64,000 nt of DNA, taken from Octopus sinensis. Its lineage: Eukaryota. Where the stretch lies: NCBI RefSeq assembly GCF_006345805.1, contig NC_043001.1, forward strand, positions 76,632,001 to 76,696,000. The letters are read 5' to 3'. Positions 38,646-52,715 of this stretch are shown in pieces. Below the pieces are notes generated by a model that worked only from the letters and a program-made list of their open reading frames with translations, was not told the DNA's origin and ran no database searches. The translations under genes were made by a program, and so were the position numbers. Each line of letters begins with the position of its first letter. Within the stretch, counting starts at the first letter, position 1.

Positions 38646-39364
38646 TTCAGTAAAAATTTAGATTCAGTTGAATAAGGTGCTTAAGTTAAAGGCACCAGAA
38701 TTTAGTATGGTATTATCCATATAATTCAAAATGGGGTGATTATAATCAAAATAAGCAACAAGGATATCTAGAGGTAATGCAGTACGATCGTTTCATGCGA
38801 CTCCATTTAATTGAACAATGCAAGTATTACATCAGTTTTAAAATGTAAGGCGATCTTCAGCTGTATGCAAATATAGAATTTAGTTAAATTTAAAAGATTC
38901 ATTTTTATAGTTATTCCATTAAACAACATCACAATGAGAGTAAGTAGGTAGACAGAGAAACAAGTTTCATCAACAAAAACATAGTAGTAACTAATATTTT
39001 TTTCATTAAGATACTGCTTATCATTGATTTCACTTTGTTATTTAGATTAGCTAGCGTAGACTTATCGTATGTTGTTATCCGAACGAGATTTAGCTGCTGT
39101 TTCTAAACTGGACTAGAGCAAAATGAAAGGAAGTATTTGCTCGAGAACAAAACGCACTGCCGGTCCAGGAGTTGAAACCGCGATCTTGCGATCATAAGTG
39201 CAACACCCTGACTACTAGACCACACGACTTCACATACTTATATATGCATGCGCAGGCGCGTGTGATTGTGTCAGGAACAGAGTGAGAATGTTAGAAATAG
39301 AAACGATTTTACTAAGCAATTTCTTTGATTATTAGGTGAATATCAATAAAATTACTTACAATTA

Positions 39365-39590
39365 GGGCCGCGAGCTGGGCAGAATCGTAAGCACGCTGGG
39401 CGAAATACTTAGCGGCATTTCGTCCGTCTTCATGTTCTGAGCTCAAATTCCGCTGAGGTCGACTTTTCCTTTCATCCCTTCGAAGTCGATAAAAATAAGT
39501 ACCAGTTGCGTACTAGGGCCGATGTAATCGACTTACCCCAATCCCCCGAAATTGCTAACCTTGTGTCAAAATTTGAAATTAATATTGCTT
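39365..39590 (+). mobile_element. SINE family A monomer
   Basis: Head, B-box, core and CCTTGTGTCAAAATTTGAAA tail. Confidence 0.8.
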
Positions 39591-41192
39591 GCAATTGCAA
39601 TTAATAATTGTCAAATCTTGTTGAAGTTGTTGCTGTTGTTATCGTTGTGACTTTCGTTGTTGTCGTCGTCTTTGTCATCTCATCATCATCATCATCATCA
39701 TTGTCGTCTTTGTCACAATCATCGCCGTCGTCACGGCCTCCGCCGTTAACATCGTCATCATCGACGTCGTCGTTGTCGCTATCATCTTCGTAGTCATCAT
39801 TACCATCGTCGTCGTGTCATCGTTATCATCATCGTCGTCGTCGTTACTACCCCAACATTTTTCTTTGTTCATCCATCACCCCACCACCGCTACCACAGCC
39901 ATCGCCACCATTAATCCCCGCCATACTATACTCATCGCCGTCGTCAACCAGTCCTTCATTCTTCCCATCAGCTATTATCTTTGCAACGACGACCGCCTCT
40001 GGCGTTGCTGATGTGAACAATATTTATATAGCTACAGTTGTGCGCGTGTGTGTGCGTGCGTGTGCGCGTGGGTGAAAAAGAATGATATACACACACTGAG
40101 ACGCGCACACACACACACACAGAAATGCACACTCAGACGCACACACAAATATGCACACACACACACACACACACACTCAGGGAATAGACACATGCACATT
40201 AGCACAGTGAGAGAAAAACAGACACTCAAAAACACACATTTACACGCGCTCACACACGCTCACAACACACACACGCTCACATACACACACAGAAGCTCGT
40301 CCATGTGAAGTCAGTAAAAGAGAGAAAGATAGAAAGAAAGAGAGCGAGAGAGAGAGAGAGAGAGAGAGAGGGGTGAGTGATGGAGAAAAGCCTACTTTCT
40401 AATGACCTACACACGAGTAATCAAGGTGTTATTTAACACAGTTTTAATTTCATTGTTTGATTACTTGCTATGATCTTCCCCAGAAAAAATAAAGGCGCTT
40501 CTTTGCATTCAACGCATCAGAAACAGATATTAATTGAACTTCATCGAGGAAAGAGAGAAAAGGAACTAAAATGAAAAGAGTTGTTATTAGGACATCTTTT
40601 GAAAATAAATGTAAATATTAATATAACTGAACAGAACGGTGTTGCTATTTCGAAAGAGGTCATGAAACAAAACCACGGCTCAGAGTATTAAGATTAGCGA
40701 TAAAAAAAATCAGTCAATAGACTTTAGAAAGATAGAATTTTTAACGAGGACATCGAATGTAATCTTCTGTAGATACTGGTTTGGCAGCCTGTTGCTAGAC
40801 CCTAAGGGAAAATAACATTGCCAGAATCAAAACATTTGAAACAGTGTGGTACCAAAGAGTACTAAGGATCAGCTGCACTTAATGAAAATACATGGTTCAG
40901 TGATTAGATCCAAACCATCAGTGGAACTGTAAAAATCTGTAAAACTTTTCGGAAATTTATCATTTAAGTATATATGAGCATGTCTAGATATGCAAATATA
41001 TACATGAGAAGATATACATAAAACAAAACATACAAATCTGTACATATACATAGATACAAAAATACTCTGTTGATGCTGTTGAAATTCCAATGAAGGAGCC
41101 TTGGATCTAGGTTAGAAACCGGCTCTTTCTCTATTGGCAAGAAATCTTGAAATAAAACTGACTAATGACATTCATACATACACACATACATT

Positions 41193-41703
41193 TCGTAAAT
41201 CCTCGAGTATAACCCGCATTTTTTCCCAAAATTTAATGGTCAAAATCCCTAGTGTGTACTATATACGAGGTTAAAAATGAAAAATATTTTCTAAGCAATG
41301 ACAGAGTCTCTATTTGCTGTCCGGCAATATTTATTCAGACACCTTTTGTGATGTCGGGCGCGAAAATACCTTAAGCTAAGCCTGAAAGCAATGAAGTCAT
41401 AAAAGAATCATCCATAACTTGCAGGAAGCAACATTTATTAAACGTTATGACTGTTATTTCTTTATTTTCTGCAAACAAAATGCACAAAAAAGCTACACGT
41501 TTGCATTATGTTATATATACAATAATAATAAAGGACGTTAGCGTATACATTTTTACAAACCATGGACGTTATATAGAACTCTTTGACTCAAGTTAGAGAA
41601 GGGGTGCGTATTATACACAAGGTTTAGGTTTTTCAGAGGTACATCCCCCTAAAAATCCCCTGCATATTATACTCAAGGGCGGGCTATACTCGAGAATTTA
41701 CGG
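41193..41703. mobile_element. Tc1/mariner-superfamily-type MITE (~510 bp)
   Basis: TIRs TCGTAAATCCTCGAGTATAACCCGC / GCGGGCTATACTCGAGAATTTACGG-TA. Confidence 0.75.
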
Positions 41704-41752
41704 TACATAAATACGTACATACATGTACACACACATACGTACGTACGTACAC

Positions 41753-41779
<27 letters not shown>

Positions 41780-41783
<4 letters not shown>

Positions 41784-42488
41784 TACATACATACATACAT
41801 ACATACATACATACATACATACATACATACATACATACATACATACATACATACATACATAATTATGGCTGGTTCTTAGTTCTGCAATTTCTTGTTGAAC
41901 AATCTGCACAAATGACTTATTAATAGTGATCAAATGTTGGTGCTACACACATTAGTTCACTCTCTCTATCAAATCGACATTGTGTCAGATGTCGAAGTGA
42001 TCGCAGAGCAACGTGTGATGAAGTGTTTGGCTCAAGAACACAACAGACAACCCGGTCTGGGAATTGAAAACACAATTTCACGATCGTGAGCACAACACCC
42101 TAAACACGAGGCCATGCGCTCTCATACACACACACACACACACACCACACACATACATACATACATACATACATACATACATACATACATACATACATAC
42201 ATACATACATACATACATACATACATAATTATGGCTGGTTCTTAGTTCTGCAATTTCTTGTTGAACAATCTGCACAAATGACTTATTAATAGTGATCAAA
42301 TGTTGGTGCTACACACATTAGTTCACTCTCTCTATCAAATCGACATTGTGTCAGATGTCGAAGTGATCGCAGAGCAACGTGTGATGAAGTGTTTGGCTCA
42401 AGAACACAACAGACAACCCGGTCTGGGAATTGAAAACACAATTTCACGATCGTGAGCACAACACCCTAAACACGAGGCCATGCGCTCT

Positions 42489-42510
<22 letters not shown>
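41780..42510. repeat. Tandem duplication, 366-bp period, bounded by (TACA)n/(CA)n
   Basis: AATTATGGCTGG at 41861 and 42227 start apparently identical blocks containing a SINE-C-like fragment. Confidence 0.9.
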
Positions 42511-42530
<20 letters not shown>

Positions 42531-42553
42531 CGCGCGCGCATATACACACACAG

Positions 42554-42617
<64 letters not shown>

Positions 42618-42937
42618 ATAAATAGATACGTACATACATACATACATACATACATACATACATACGTACAATCACTAGCGTAGCTAGAGTACGTGCTGCT
42701 CCGGGTGGCCCTTCTGTTTGCCTTCCCCGGACCCCAGAAAAACACATATTGCCAACAGCAGAGCCAAAAGGGACACCACTTTAAAAGTGCCGCCCGGGGC
42801 GAATCGCTCCAACCGCCCCCCAGCTACGCTAGTACATACAGGCTTGCCAAGTACATATAGTGGTTAGTCACAAATTGTTCTAACGTTTTGAATCTACTCT
42901 ACTGCCATAAAAACACACGTACATACACACGTACACA

Positions 42938-43494
42938 TCTAATATATAAAATCCGTTCGGTCTGTGTGTGTGTGTGTGTGTCTTCTAGGATCTCGGGCAT
43001 CCTTTATTCGATTGCGTTCAAATTTAATATGTAGATACCGACGGTATCAGGGCGTGTATAAGTCTTGAAAATTACAAAAATCGATTCCAGGTGAGAATGC
43101 GATCGATAAAGCCGTGGGAACGTGCATTTGTACGCGCAAATACATCAGCTGTTGCGATTGATTCTACGCGTACGCGAGAAAAATGCAAGTGCAGTTTGCG
43201 CAATAAAAGCCGGTTGGCTTGAAATAATACCACAAAATGCAGTATATTTAAGAGACCAAAAAAGTAAGATACAAAAGAGATATTTTCTTCAAACTTGGCA
43301 TGAAGGTAGGAAAGACTATTTGGTTTCTCAAGAAGTTTTTTTTTTTGGCGTAACTTCGTTTAACAAAACCAAAAATTTTATTGAAATAAAGGCATGCTTA
43401 ATTATTTTTCAATGAAAAGAAAACACTGATTGCATTTTATTCAGCAGATATGATTCAGCACCGTCCATTGGACGGGTGGGGAGCGTTTTGCTCG
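42938..43494 (+). mobile_element. Non-autonomous Helitron-like element (557 bp)
   Basis: A|TCTAATATATAAAA 5' end; CACCGTCC-ATT-GGACGGGTG hairpin then CTCG|T (CTAG variant). Confidence 0.6.
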
Positions 43495-43896
43495 TACATA
43501 TATATGCACTATAGCTTTTACTTTTTATTATTCTTAAAGCGACTACATCCTGACACAGTCTTTCTTAGATATTAGATTTTAAAATAATTCATGACAGAAT
43601 TATATCATGATAGAACAACAGCAGAACCATAAAATAGGCACCAATGGCGGGTGTGCGTTTACGCACTATCGAAGCCCTAACGTGACTGTCTAATACACAT
43701 AAGTGTATTCATATATTCATACCTAGTATCAAACAGGGGATCACGTACAGACATGAAACCCCACACACACATACACACAATATGTATGTATATATGTATG
43801 TATGTATGTATTTATGTATGTATGTATGTATGTATGTATGTATGTATGTATGTATGTATGTATGTATGTATGTATGCACTTACTAAAACTATTTAT

Positions 43897-43927
<31 letters not shown>

Positions 43928-43929
<2 letters not shown>

Positions 43930-44517
43930 AAACATTATTGGTGAATTGAAGAAATGGAGCTGAACGCAGATTGAACAGAAATCGTTTTATTTCATTCTAC
44001 ACGTGTTTCGAAAGGCACAAATTACCAAAATCCGATTGAATAATGGGACCATATTGTGTCTTTCTCTTCAGGAAGAAAAAAGGAAATCCGCTGGAAAAAC
44101 AAAAACAGAACAGAGGCGGAGCAAAAGCAAATCGAACTATGCTCCAAAGAGCCCATGGCGAAACTGTTTATCAGTGTATGTTGAGAACCGGTGGCTGAAG
44201 AATTCAACGGGTCAGGCATTGACCGATGCCTGACCCGTTGAATTCTTCAGCCACCGGTTCTCAACATACACTGATAAACAGTTTCGCCATGGGCTCTTTG
44301 GAGCATAGTTCGATTTGCTTTTGCTCCGCCTCTGTTCTGTTTTTGTTTTTCCAGCGGATTTCCTTTTTTCTTCCTGAAGAGAAAGACACAATATGGTCCC
44401 ATTATTCAATCGGATTTTGGTAATTTGTGCCTTTCGAAACACGTGTAGAATGAAATAAAACGATTTCTGTTCAATCTGCGTTCAGCTCCATTTCTTCAAT
44501 TCACCAATAATGTTTTA
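43928..44517. repeat. 590-bp palindrome: 292-bp arms (43928-44219 / 44226-44517), 6-nt spacer TGACCG
   Basis: Arms read as exact reverse complements by eye; mirrored ORFs in the track agree. Confidence 0.95.
44363..44460 (+). ncRNA. Type I hammerhead-like ribozyme in right arm (mirror copy on minus strand at 43985-44082)
   Basis: TTC-CTGAAGA-GAAAGACACAA...TTGTGCCTTTC-GAA-ACACGTGT-A-GAATGAAA: canonical core, stem II 10/11 bp, palindromic stem III, GUA site after 44447. Confidence 0.7.
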
Positions 44518-44662
44518 ATTTCAATTATCCGCACCAACGCACGGTTGCAACGCCAGATGGTTGTACCTCCAACCGTGCTGTTTACTGCTGTGATTTTTGC
44601 TACTAAGGTATCGGTTAACTTTTGATTAATCTACTACAAGATTATTCATCTTTCTATTTCAC

Positions 44663-44726
<64 letters not shown>

Positions 44727-44759
44727 ATATAATATATATATATATATATACATATATAT

Positions 44760-44880
44760 ATACATACCAAATCCACTCACAAGTCTTTGGTTGAAGACAC
44801 TTGCCCAAGGTGCCACGCAGTGGGACTGAATCCGGAACCATGTGGTTGCTAATCAAGCTACTTACCACACAGCCACGATA
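44760..44880 (-). mobile_element. SINE family B left half ending in (TA)n
   Basis: Reverse complement of the B head. Confidence 0.75.
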
Positions 44881-45379
44881 TATATAATGTGTGTATGTGT
44901 ATGTATGTATATATATGTATACATATATGTATGTATATACTCACACAAACATATGCATATAAATAAATAGGCACACTCATACATGCATACATAAATATAT
45001 ACATATATACGTAAGTACGTACATGCATACATGTGTATGTGTGCATGTATGTATATGCGTATGCATATACAAAAATGTGCGCCGAATCAGAAAATCGAAG
45101 TCGAGGAGGGGAAAATGGCTACTACGTAAAAAAAATGTAGCATTGAATAAATTTTATTTTAAGAAGAAAAAGGCCAGAAAAAATATATAAATATACGAGT
45201 ACCTATCAAACAAAATATGCATAACACTACTACTACTACTACTACATTTTCATTACTAGAACAACAACAACAGCGACAACGACCAAAATTTCTTGAAATA
45301 CAATCTCCATTCTGTCAGTTATTATTAATTGAAGATGTGAAACTATACACAATGAAGAAGCTTCTTTGAATTAGAATCT

Positions 45380-45420
45380 TGCTTTTCCACTCTCTCTCTA
45401 TCTGTCTGTCTGTCTATCTA

Positions 45421-45451
<31 letters not shown>

Positions 45452-46015
45452 GGCTTTCTGTTCCTCCTATAGTTTCTGGCTGTTTTGATCTCTTTATCTT
45501 CCTCTCTCTCTCCCTATGTCTCTCTTTCTATCACTGTCTCTCGCCCACTCTTTTTCTCCCACTCTTTCTCATTGTTTCTTTGTCCCTCTTCCTCCCATCT
45601 CCTTCTAGTTATCTGTGACTCCAAAACTCTGTGACTCTTCTTTCCTTCACTCTTTCTTTCTTTCTTTTCTCTCTGTCCCTCTTTCTCTCTGGTTATCTGT
45701 TCCTCCTAAAATTTCTGGCTCTTTGTCTCTCCTTCCTCTCCCTCTCTCTTTCTCTGTATCTCTCTTTCTGTCACTGTCTCTGTCTCTATATCTCTCTCTT
45801 TCCCAATCTTTCTCTTTTTCCCAATCTTTCTCTCTCTCTCTTTCTCTCTGTATCTCTCTTTTCCTCTTCCCCATCTCCCTTTAGTTATTTGTGCCTCCAA
45901 AACTGACTCTCTCCTTTTTCTTTCTTTCTTTCTCTTTCTCTTTCTCTCTCTCTTTCTCTCTCGCTGATTCTGCTTATTTAACTTTGTGACTCTCTCACTC
46001 ACTCACTCACTCACT
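45380..46015. repeat. Polypyrimidine (CT-rich) tract with internal diverged duplication
   Basis: CTGTTCCTCCTA..TTTCTGGCT and CCCATCTCC..TAGTTAT..GTG..CTCCAAAACT each occur twice. Confidence 0.8.
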
Positions 46016-47019
46016 CCCCTATGTATTACCGTGCTTATTTTTCCTCGTCTTCACACATTTCCCCACCTGTTGTATTGCTTACTTGTCAATACAAAGGCAA
46101 TGGAAGTGATCTGAGGACATTTGCTTCTTATACAAATATACGTTTGAACACACACCCCACACTCAAACACCGCACCTAGCCACCCACACACATGCACACG
46201 CACTCATATTGTAAAAATCTATTATATTCACGGATAATTTTATCAACCGGTTATTGTTAGCAAAACCAGTGCGTTCCAAATACTATATTTACTTAATGTT
46301 ATCAGTCTGCTGTTATCATAGAAAAGAAATCGTTCAAAAGGATCACACTCAGTGGCTATAACAATAATTATAATTTTAAATTTTGGCACAAGGCCAGCAA
46401 TTTCGTAGGATGGTCGATTACATCGACTCAGTATTTAACTGATACTTAATCTATCGACCCGAAAAAGATGAAAGGTGAAGTCAAGACGAGTGAAAGCTAC
46501 ATACGGTTTAATATTGGTTTCTTATACGTGGATAGTATCATAATCCCTTACAAATTTTTTTTTAGGTCCCCAAAGTTAGGTACCCAAATTTAGGGGATTC
46601 CTTATAGGCCCAAATTTTAGGCCCCCAAAGTTAGGGGATTCCTTATACAAGTTAGAATACGGTAATTTACCGAACCCGGTGATACGTATGATAGGCAAAG
46701 TCGACCTGGACGGAATCTGAACTCAGAACGTAATCCCTCCTTAAAGAAAAAATTCCCCCTTAAACGGCCTTCAGATGCAATCACAGTGCAGCGTTTCAAA
46801 GACATAGTTACCGTCGGTTACTGCGTGGAGAGTTGATCGGGGTCTTGTTTAATGGAGAAGCTATGTACCAGTACGCAAGATTTACGCACTTGGCTTATTT
46901 TTCACATGTGCTGGCTGGCGATGAGACCTGAAAGGTGGCCTCTGAAGCAAAGCTACCCGCAATCACATAACACTGCGTATCTCTAAACCCACTATACTAT
47001 TTTATAATAAAAAAAATAA

Positions 47020-47236
47020 TAATCCTTTCTACTAAAGGCACAAGGCCTGAAATCTGAGGGGAAGGTACTAGTCAATTATATCGACCCCAGTGTTTCACTG
47101 GTACTTAATTTATCGAACCTGAGAGGATGAAAGGCAAAGTCGACCTCGGCGGAATTTCACTTCAGAACGTAGCGACGGGCGAAATACCGCTAAGCATTTA
47201 GTCCAGCGTGCTAACGATTCTGCTAGCTCGCTGCCT

Positions 47237-47237
<1 letters not shown>
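47020..47237 (-). mobile_element. SINE family A monomer
   Basis: Head, core and CCTTGTGCCTTTAGTAGAAAGGATTATT tail. Confidence 0.88.
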
Positions 47238-47294
<57 letters not shown>

Positions 47295-47307
47295 TAATAA
47301 TAGCAAC

Positions 47308-47432
<125 letters not shown>

Positions 47433-49166
47433 GGCTCTGGTATCCAGCATGCAAGCATGAAAGAGAAGGTTAAGAAAGAATGTTATAGAAGAGTTCGAGC
47501 AGTCCTGAAGTCTGAGCTGAATGCATATAATAAGGTTTTAGCCATAAATTCCTTAGTAGTACCAGTTGTTCTTTATAGCTTCAATGTGCTTAACTGGAAT
47601 ACTAGTGAAATAATGAAAATTGACAGGAAAATCCGCAAGCTACTGACTTGTAATAAGATGCACCATCCAAAGGCAGACGTGGATCGCCTTTACCTTCCCA
47701 GAGCTCAGGGAGGTCGAGGTTTGATCCAGCTTGAACTTACATACAAAACCACCACAATCGGACTGGCCAAATACCTTGAAGCAACCAACGATTGGATGCC
47801 AAAACTTGTTGAAAAACATGAAAGACCTAAAAAACTTCACTCTATTCTCAAAGAAAGCAGAAAAATTCGCTGCTGATCTCTTAGATACCCGCCAGATTGA
47901 GCAGGCTGAAGGAAATGCGCCAACTGCCACTGCAAAGAAAATAAAATTAATTGCAAAGACAAAAGCACATGAAAATTTAGCTAGCAGATGGGAACAGAAA
48001 CCTCTCCATGGCAAGTATGTGGCCCGTAGCAAACAAGCTGATGTCGACCAGAAACACACACACACCAATGGTTACGAAGTTCAGGGCTAAAAGCAGAGAG
48101 TGAAGGTTTCATATTAGCTGCTCAAGACCAAAGCTTATTTACCCGGAACTACCAAGCCAATGTGATGAAAAATGGAGCTGACCCAAAATGCCGATTCTGT
48201 AACGATGAGATTGAAACAATAGACCACCTAATCTCAGGGTGTAGAGTCTTAGCACCTGCAGAATATAAAGCAAGACATGACGGAGTCGGCCAGTATTTAC
48301 ACTGGACAATATGTCGGCATTATAAAATCAAAACCGCTGACAAATGGTATAAACATCATCCTGAAGCTGTGACTGAGGGAGAAAATGTGCCGATTCTATG
48401 GGACTTCCCCGTGCAGACCGACAGGACTATAAAAGCCAATAAACCTATTTCTTTACTACCCACAAGGGGCTAAACACAGAGCGGACAAACAAGGACAGAC
48501 ATAGGTATTAAGTCGACTACATCGACCCCAGTGCGTAACTGGTACTTAATTTATCGACCCCGAAAGGATGAAAGGCAAAGTCGACCTCGGTGGAATTTGA
48601 ACTCACAATATAACGACAGACGAAATACGGTTACACATTTCGCCCGGCGTGCTAACGTTTCTGCCAGCTCGTCGCCAATAAACCGGATATCATTATAAAA
48701 GATCCGACAAAAAGGATGTGTTTATTAATTGACATGAGTATTCCCTGTGATCACAATATAGCAGCGAAAGAATTTGACAAAATCAGTAAATATAAAGACC
48801 TGCTAATGGAAATTGAAAAAATGTGGCATCTCAAGGCGACTACAGTACCAGTGATTGTAGGATCTCTAGGAATGATAAAAAAAAAGGCACTGAAACCTAT
48901 TTGAAAATGATTCCAGGCTTACCATCCCTACAGGAAGTGCAAAAAATCGTATTAACTGGAACGGCTCATGTACAGAGAAGAGCACTATTGCTGTGAAAAT
49001 AACATCCATCCATGAATTTATTTATTTATTAATTTTTAAATACATATGTTATCTGTGAATTTGCACGTGTAATCTGGGAATGCATACAATGCCCTTCTCT
49101 GCCCTAGGTGTATGGAAAACACTCGGCGAGAAACGGAAGAAAATTTGAAGAAAGAAGGAAAAAAAC
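47433..49166 (+). mobile_element. 5'-truncated R4/Dong-like non-LTR retrotransposon (RT C-terminus, CCHC, restriction-like endonuclease), pseudogenised, within (TAA)n
   Basis: 'HPKADVDRLYLPRAQGGRGL', 'CRFCNDEIETIDHLISGC', 'RHD', 'ILWDFPVQTDRTIKANKPDII..CLLIDMSIP', 'VPVIVGSLG'; (TAA)n on both sides. Confidence 0.88.
48446..48676 (-). mobile_element. SINE family A inserted in the LINE endonuclease region with TSD
   Basis: GCCAATAAACC at 48435-48445 and 48674-48684; removing the insert restores IKANKPDII. Confidence 0.92.
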
Positions 49167-49211
<45 letters not shown>

Positions 49212-49864
49212 GTAATAATAATAGTAATAATAATAATCCTTTCTTTATTGGCCACAAGAGCCGAATACAAAATCATATAGGGATAATACAAAACAAGGGA
49301 CAAGTGGGGTTTAAAACAGAAACGTGTAAGCAATAAAAAACAAAAACAGTTAACACAACGAGCCGCTGGAAATCGAACTCGCGATAGCGAGCCGAATACA
49401 CTAAGCCACACGCCTTCATTACTCTGTATATTTATTGCCAATATAAATGTCGGTTAATTGATTTCTCTGGTCATATTTTACACAGAGAAAGAGGAAGGAA
49501 AAGATAATAAAAGAGGAATATGTGTACATATTAGGCTTTGTGGAAGACAGTGAGAAAGAAAGTATCATGAAAATCGGAAGACAACGGAAAGGAGTGAATG
49601 TTAGAATAGTTATAGGAGGAGTTAGACAAACGAAAATTTTGTTTTATTTAATTTTAATGTAATAAGTATTATTATTATTATTTTTTTTTTTGCTTCGAAA
49701 AATTAGTATTCATTTCATTATTCTGTATAAGTACAAAGAAATTTGACATCAGTTCAATCATAACTATTGTATGTATGCCATATGTTTCCTAGTATTACCC
49801 ACAGTGGCATAAGTGCACTTCCTAAGTTACCAGTCATATGAAGGTTAACACCGGTAATGATAAT

Positions 49865-51300
49865 AATCCTCCTTACTATAGGCACAAGACCTGGAATTTG
49901 TAGGTAGGGGGATAGTCGATCACATCAACCCAGTACATGACTGGTAGCTACCGTATTTTGACGTGTATAAGGACATTTTTTTTGTCAAAAATTAGGTTTA
50001 AAAAATATGGGAGTTTCTTATACGTGGATAGTATCACAATCCCTTACAAAATCTTTTTTCTAAATTTTAAGCCCCAAAAGTCAGGGGGTTCCTTATGCAA
50101 GTTAAAATACGGTAATTTATCGACTCCGCTGATAGGCATGATAGGCAAAGTCGCCCTCGGCAGAATCTGAACCCAGAACGTAAAGACAGACGAAATACCT
50201 ATTTCTTTACTGCCCACAAGGGGATAAACACAGAGAGGACAAACAAGGACAGACAAACGGATTAAGTCGATGACATCGACCCCAGTGCATAACTGGTACT
50301 TATTTAATCGACCCCGAAAGGATGAAAGGCAAAGTCGACCTCGGCGGAATTTGAACTCAGAACGTAGCGGCAGACGAAATACCGCTAAGCATTTCGTCCG
50401 GCAAGCTAACGTTTCTGCCAGCTCGCCGCCTTTTTCACCTTGGTAAGGGTTTATAAAATATTGGCTTCTCATTTTGGCACAAGGTCAGCAATTTCCGGGT
50501 GGAGGGTTAGTCGATTAGATCGACCCCAGTGTACAACTGCTACATATTTTATCGACTCCGATAGGATGAAAGGCAAAGTCAACCGCAGCGGAATTTGAAC
50601 TCAGAAAGTAAAGATGGCTGAAATGCCGCTAAGCATTCTACCCGGCATGCTAACGATTCTGACACCTCGCTACCTTTAAGTCGGTTTAATATTGGTTTCA
50701 AAGTTTGGCACAAGGTCATCGACTCCGAAAGGATGAAAGGCAAAGTCAACAACAGTGGAATTTGAACTCAGAATGTGAAACGCGAAAAATGCCGCTTAGA
50801 ATCTTGCCCGACATGCTAACGACTCTGCAGATTTAATATTTTTTCTACTCTAGGCACAAGGCCCGAAATTTTGGGGGAAGGGGCCTGTCGATTTTCTCGA
50901 CCCCAGTACGCAACTGGTACTTAATTTATCGACCCCGAAAGTATAAGAGGCAAAGTCGACCTCGGCGGATCTGCCGATTTAATATTCTTTTCTACTCTAG
51001 GCACAAGACCCCAATTTGTTTTTGGGGTGGTGGTGGTGGGGGGGGGTATGCCGATTAGATTGACCCCAGTATGCAACTGGTACTTAATTTATCGACCCCA
51101 AAAGGACGAAAGACAAAGTCGACCTCGGCGGTCCAGCCGATTTAATATTCTTTTCTACTCAAGGCACATGACCCCCAATTTTTTGGGGGGCGGGGTGTTA
51201 TGTCGATTAGATTGAGCCAGTACACAACTGGTACTTAATTTATCAACCCCGAAAGGATGAAAGACAAAGTCGACCACGGCGGTCCTGCCGATTTAGTATT
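49865..51300 (-). mobile_element. SINE family A cluster (dimer with extra module, monomers, three tandem 3' halves at 50830-51300)
   Basis: Repeated core and CCTTGTGCCTAGAGTAGAAAA tails. Confidence 0.85.
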
Positions 51301-51960
51301 AAACCTATAATGTGTTATGTTTTAAGAGTCGAATAAAATTAAATAGTAGACTGGATCCAATCAAAAGACGGCTTTACCTTGTTTATGCCCTGCTCCAAGG
51401 AGAGGAGCTCTGCACAATCAGGTACTAATCAAGTACTGAAATCATGACACAGCACACTATTTATTTCAATAGCCGCCATCCACCCTGCTGTTTCCCCGCT
51501 AAATTTGCAGACTTCTGCTTATGTTATAAATCATTATTTATTTAGTAAAGAATCAACGCCATGCTAAACGATCGGAAAAAAGGACTTGGGTTCTCGGAAA
51601 AAGGAAATATTCTCATTTTAGAACTGACAGGAAATCAATGAAGATATTGAATTGCTTTGATAATGGTGGTGGTGGTGGTAGAGGCGGCGGCGGTGGTGGT
51701 GGTGGTGGTGGTGGTGGTGGTGGTGGTGGTGGCGGTTGTGGTGGTGGTGGTGGTGGTGGTGATGGTGGAGGGGTTCTGGACGGGAGTAGGGGTGTGTTTT
51801 TTTTATTCAGTTTAGAGTTTAGTTATTTTTATTTTCCTACAGGGGAAACATGAGAATCAAGTGAATTATTTTAACGTTAGAGACAAAGGAACATTATATG
51901 TGTGCGTGTGTATGTGTGTAGATAGATGCATAGATAGATAGATAGATAGATACAGATATA

Positions 51961-52004
<44 letters not shown>

Positions 52005-52715
52005 TGCTTAGACAAACATACACACGCACACACATATATACATTATATGCATATACATACATATATATATGAAGAAATTTATATATGTACATATGTATAT
52101 ATGTATGTATGCATGCATGTATGTATGTATGTGTATATATATATATATATACATACATATATATAAACACATACATTAAATATATATATATATATGTGTG
52201 TGTATATATATATACGCACACACGTATGTATTATATGTATGCATATATATATGTGTGCATTGCGTATGTGAGTGGTGTGTGTGTGTATGTGTGCGTGCGT
52301 TTGATGTGTATGTGAGTGGTATGGGTATGTGAGTGTATGTAGTATCTGATTTTAAAGCTCATATCGTACATTTTAGATTTCTGTGTCTTTATATTTGGGG
52401 AAGTAAATATATTCTGCTATTTTAAAATTATGTTGTCTTCTTCAATCAAATCATCTCAGAGAATACATTTTCTTAGAGTTTCTTAGAATCTTCATGCCTT
52501 GTTCGATCTGTTTGAACTAATACAAAAGAACATCGACTAAAACAGGGCTTAGTTGTTCTCAGAAATATTAAGGTAATTATTCTTTAGAGTACATCAAGAA
52601 TGAATATTTAAAGCCAGAATTTCACGAAGTAACCTATAAATTACTTCCAGGGCATCATAGTTATACATGTGTGTGTATGTGTGTGTGTTTAAACATACTC
52701 TCATGCGCACATACA

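Noticed and set aside
44003-44442. Mirrored 76-aa and 65-aa ORFs
   Set aside because: By-product of the palindrome; GTG start or no recognisable domain
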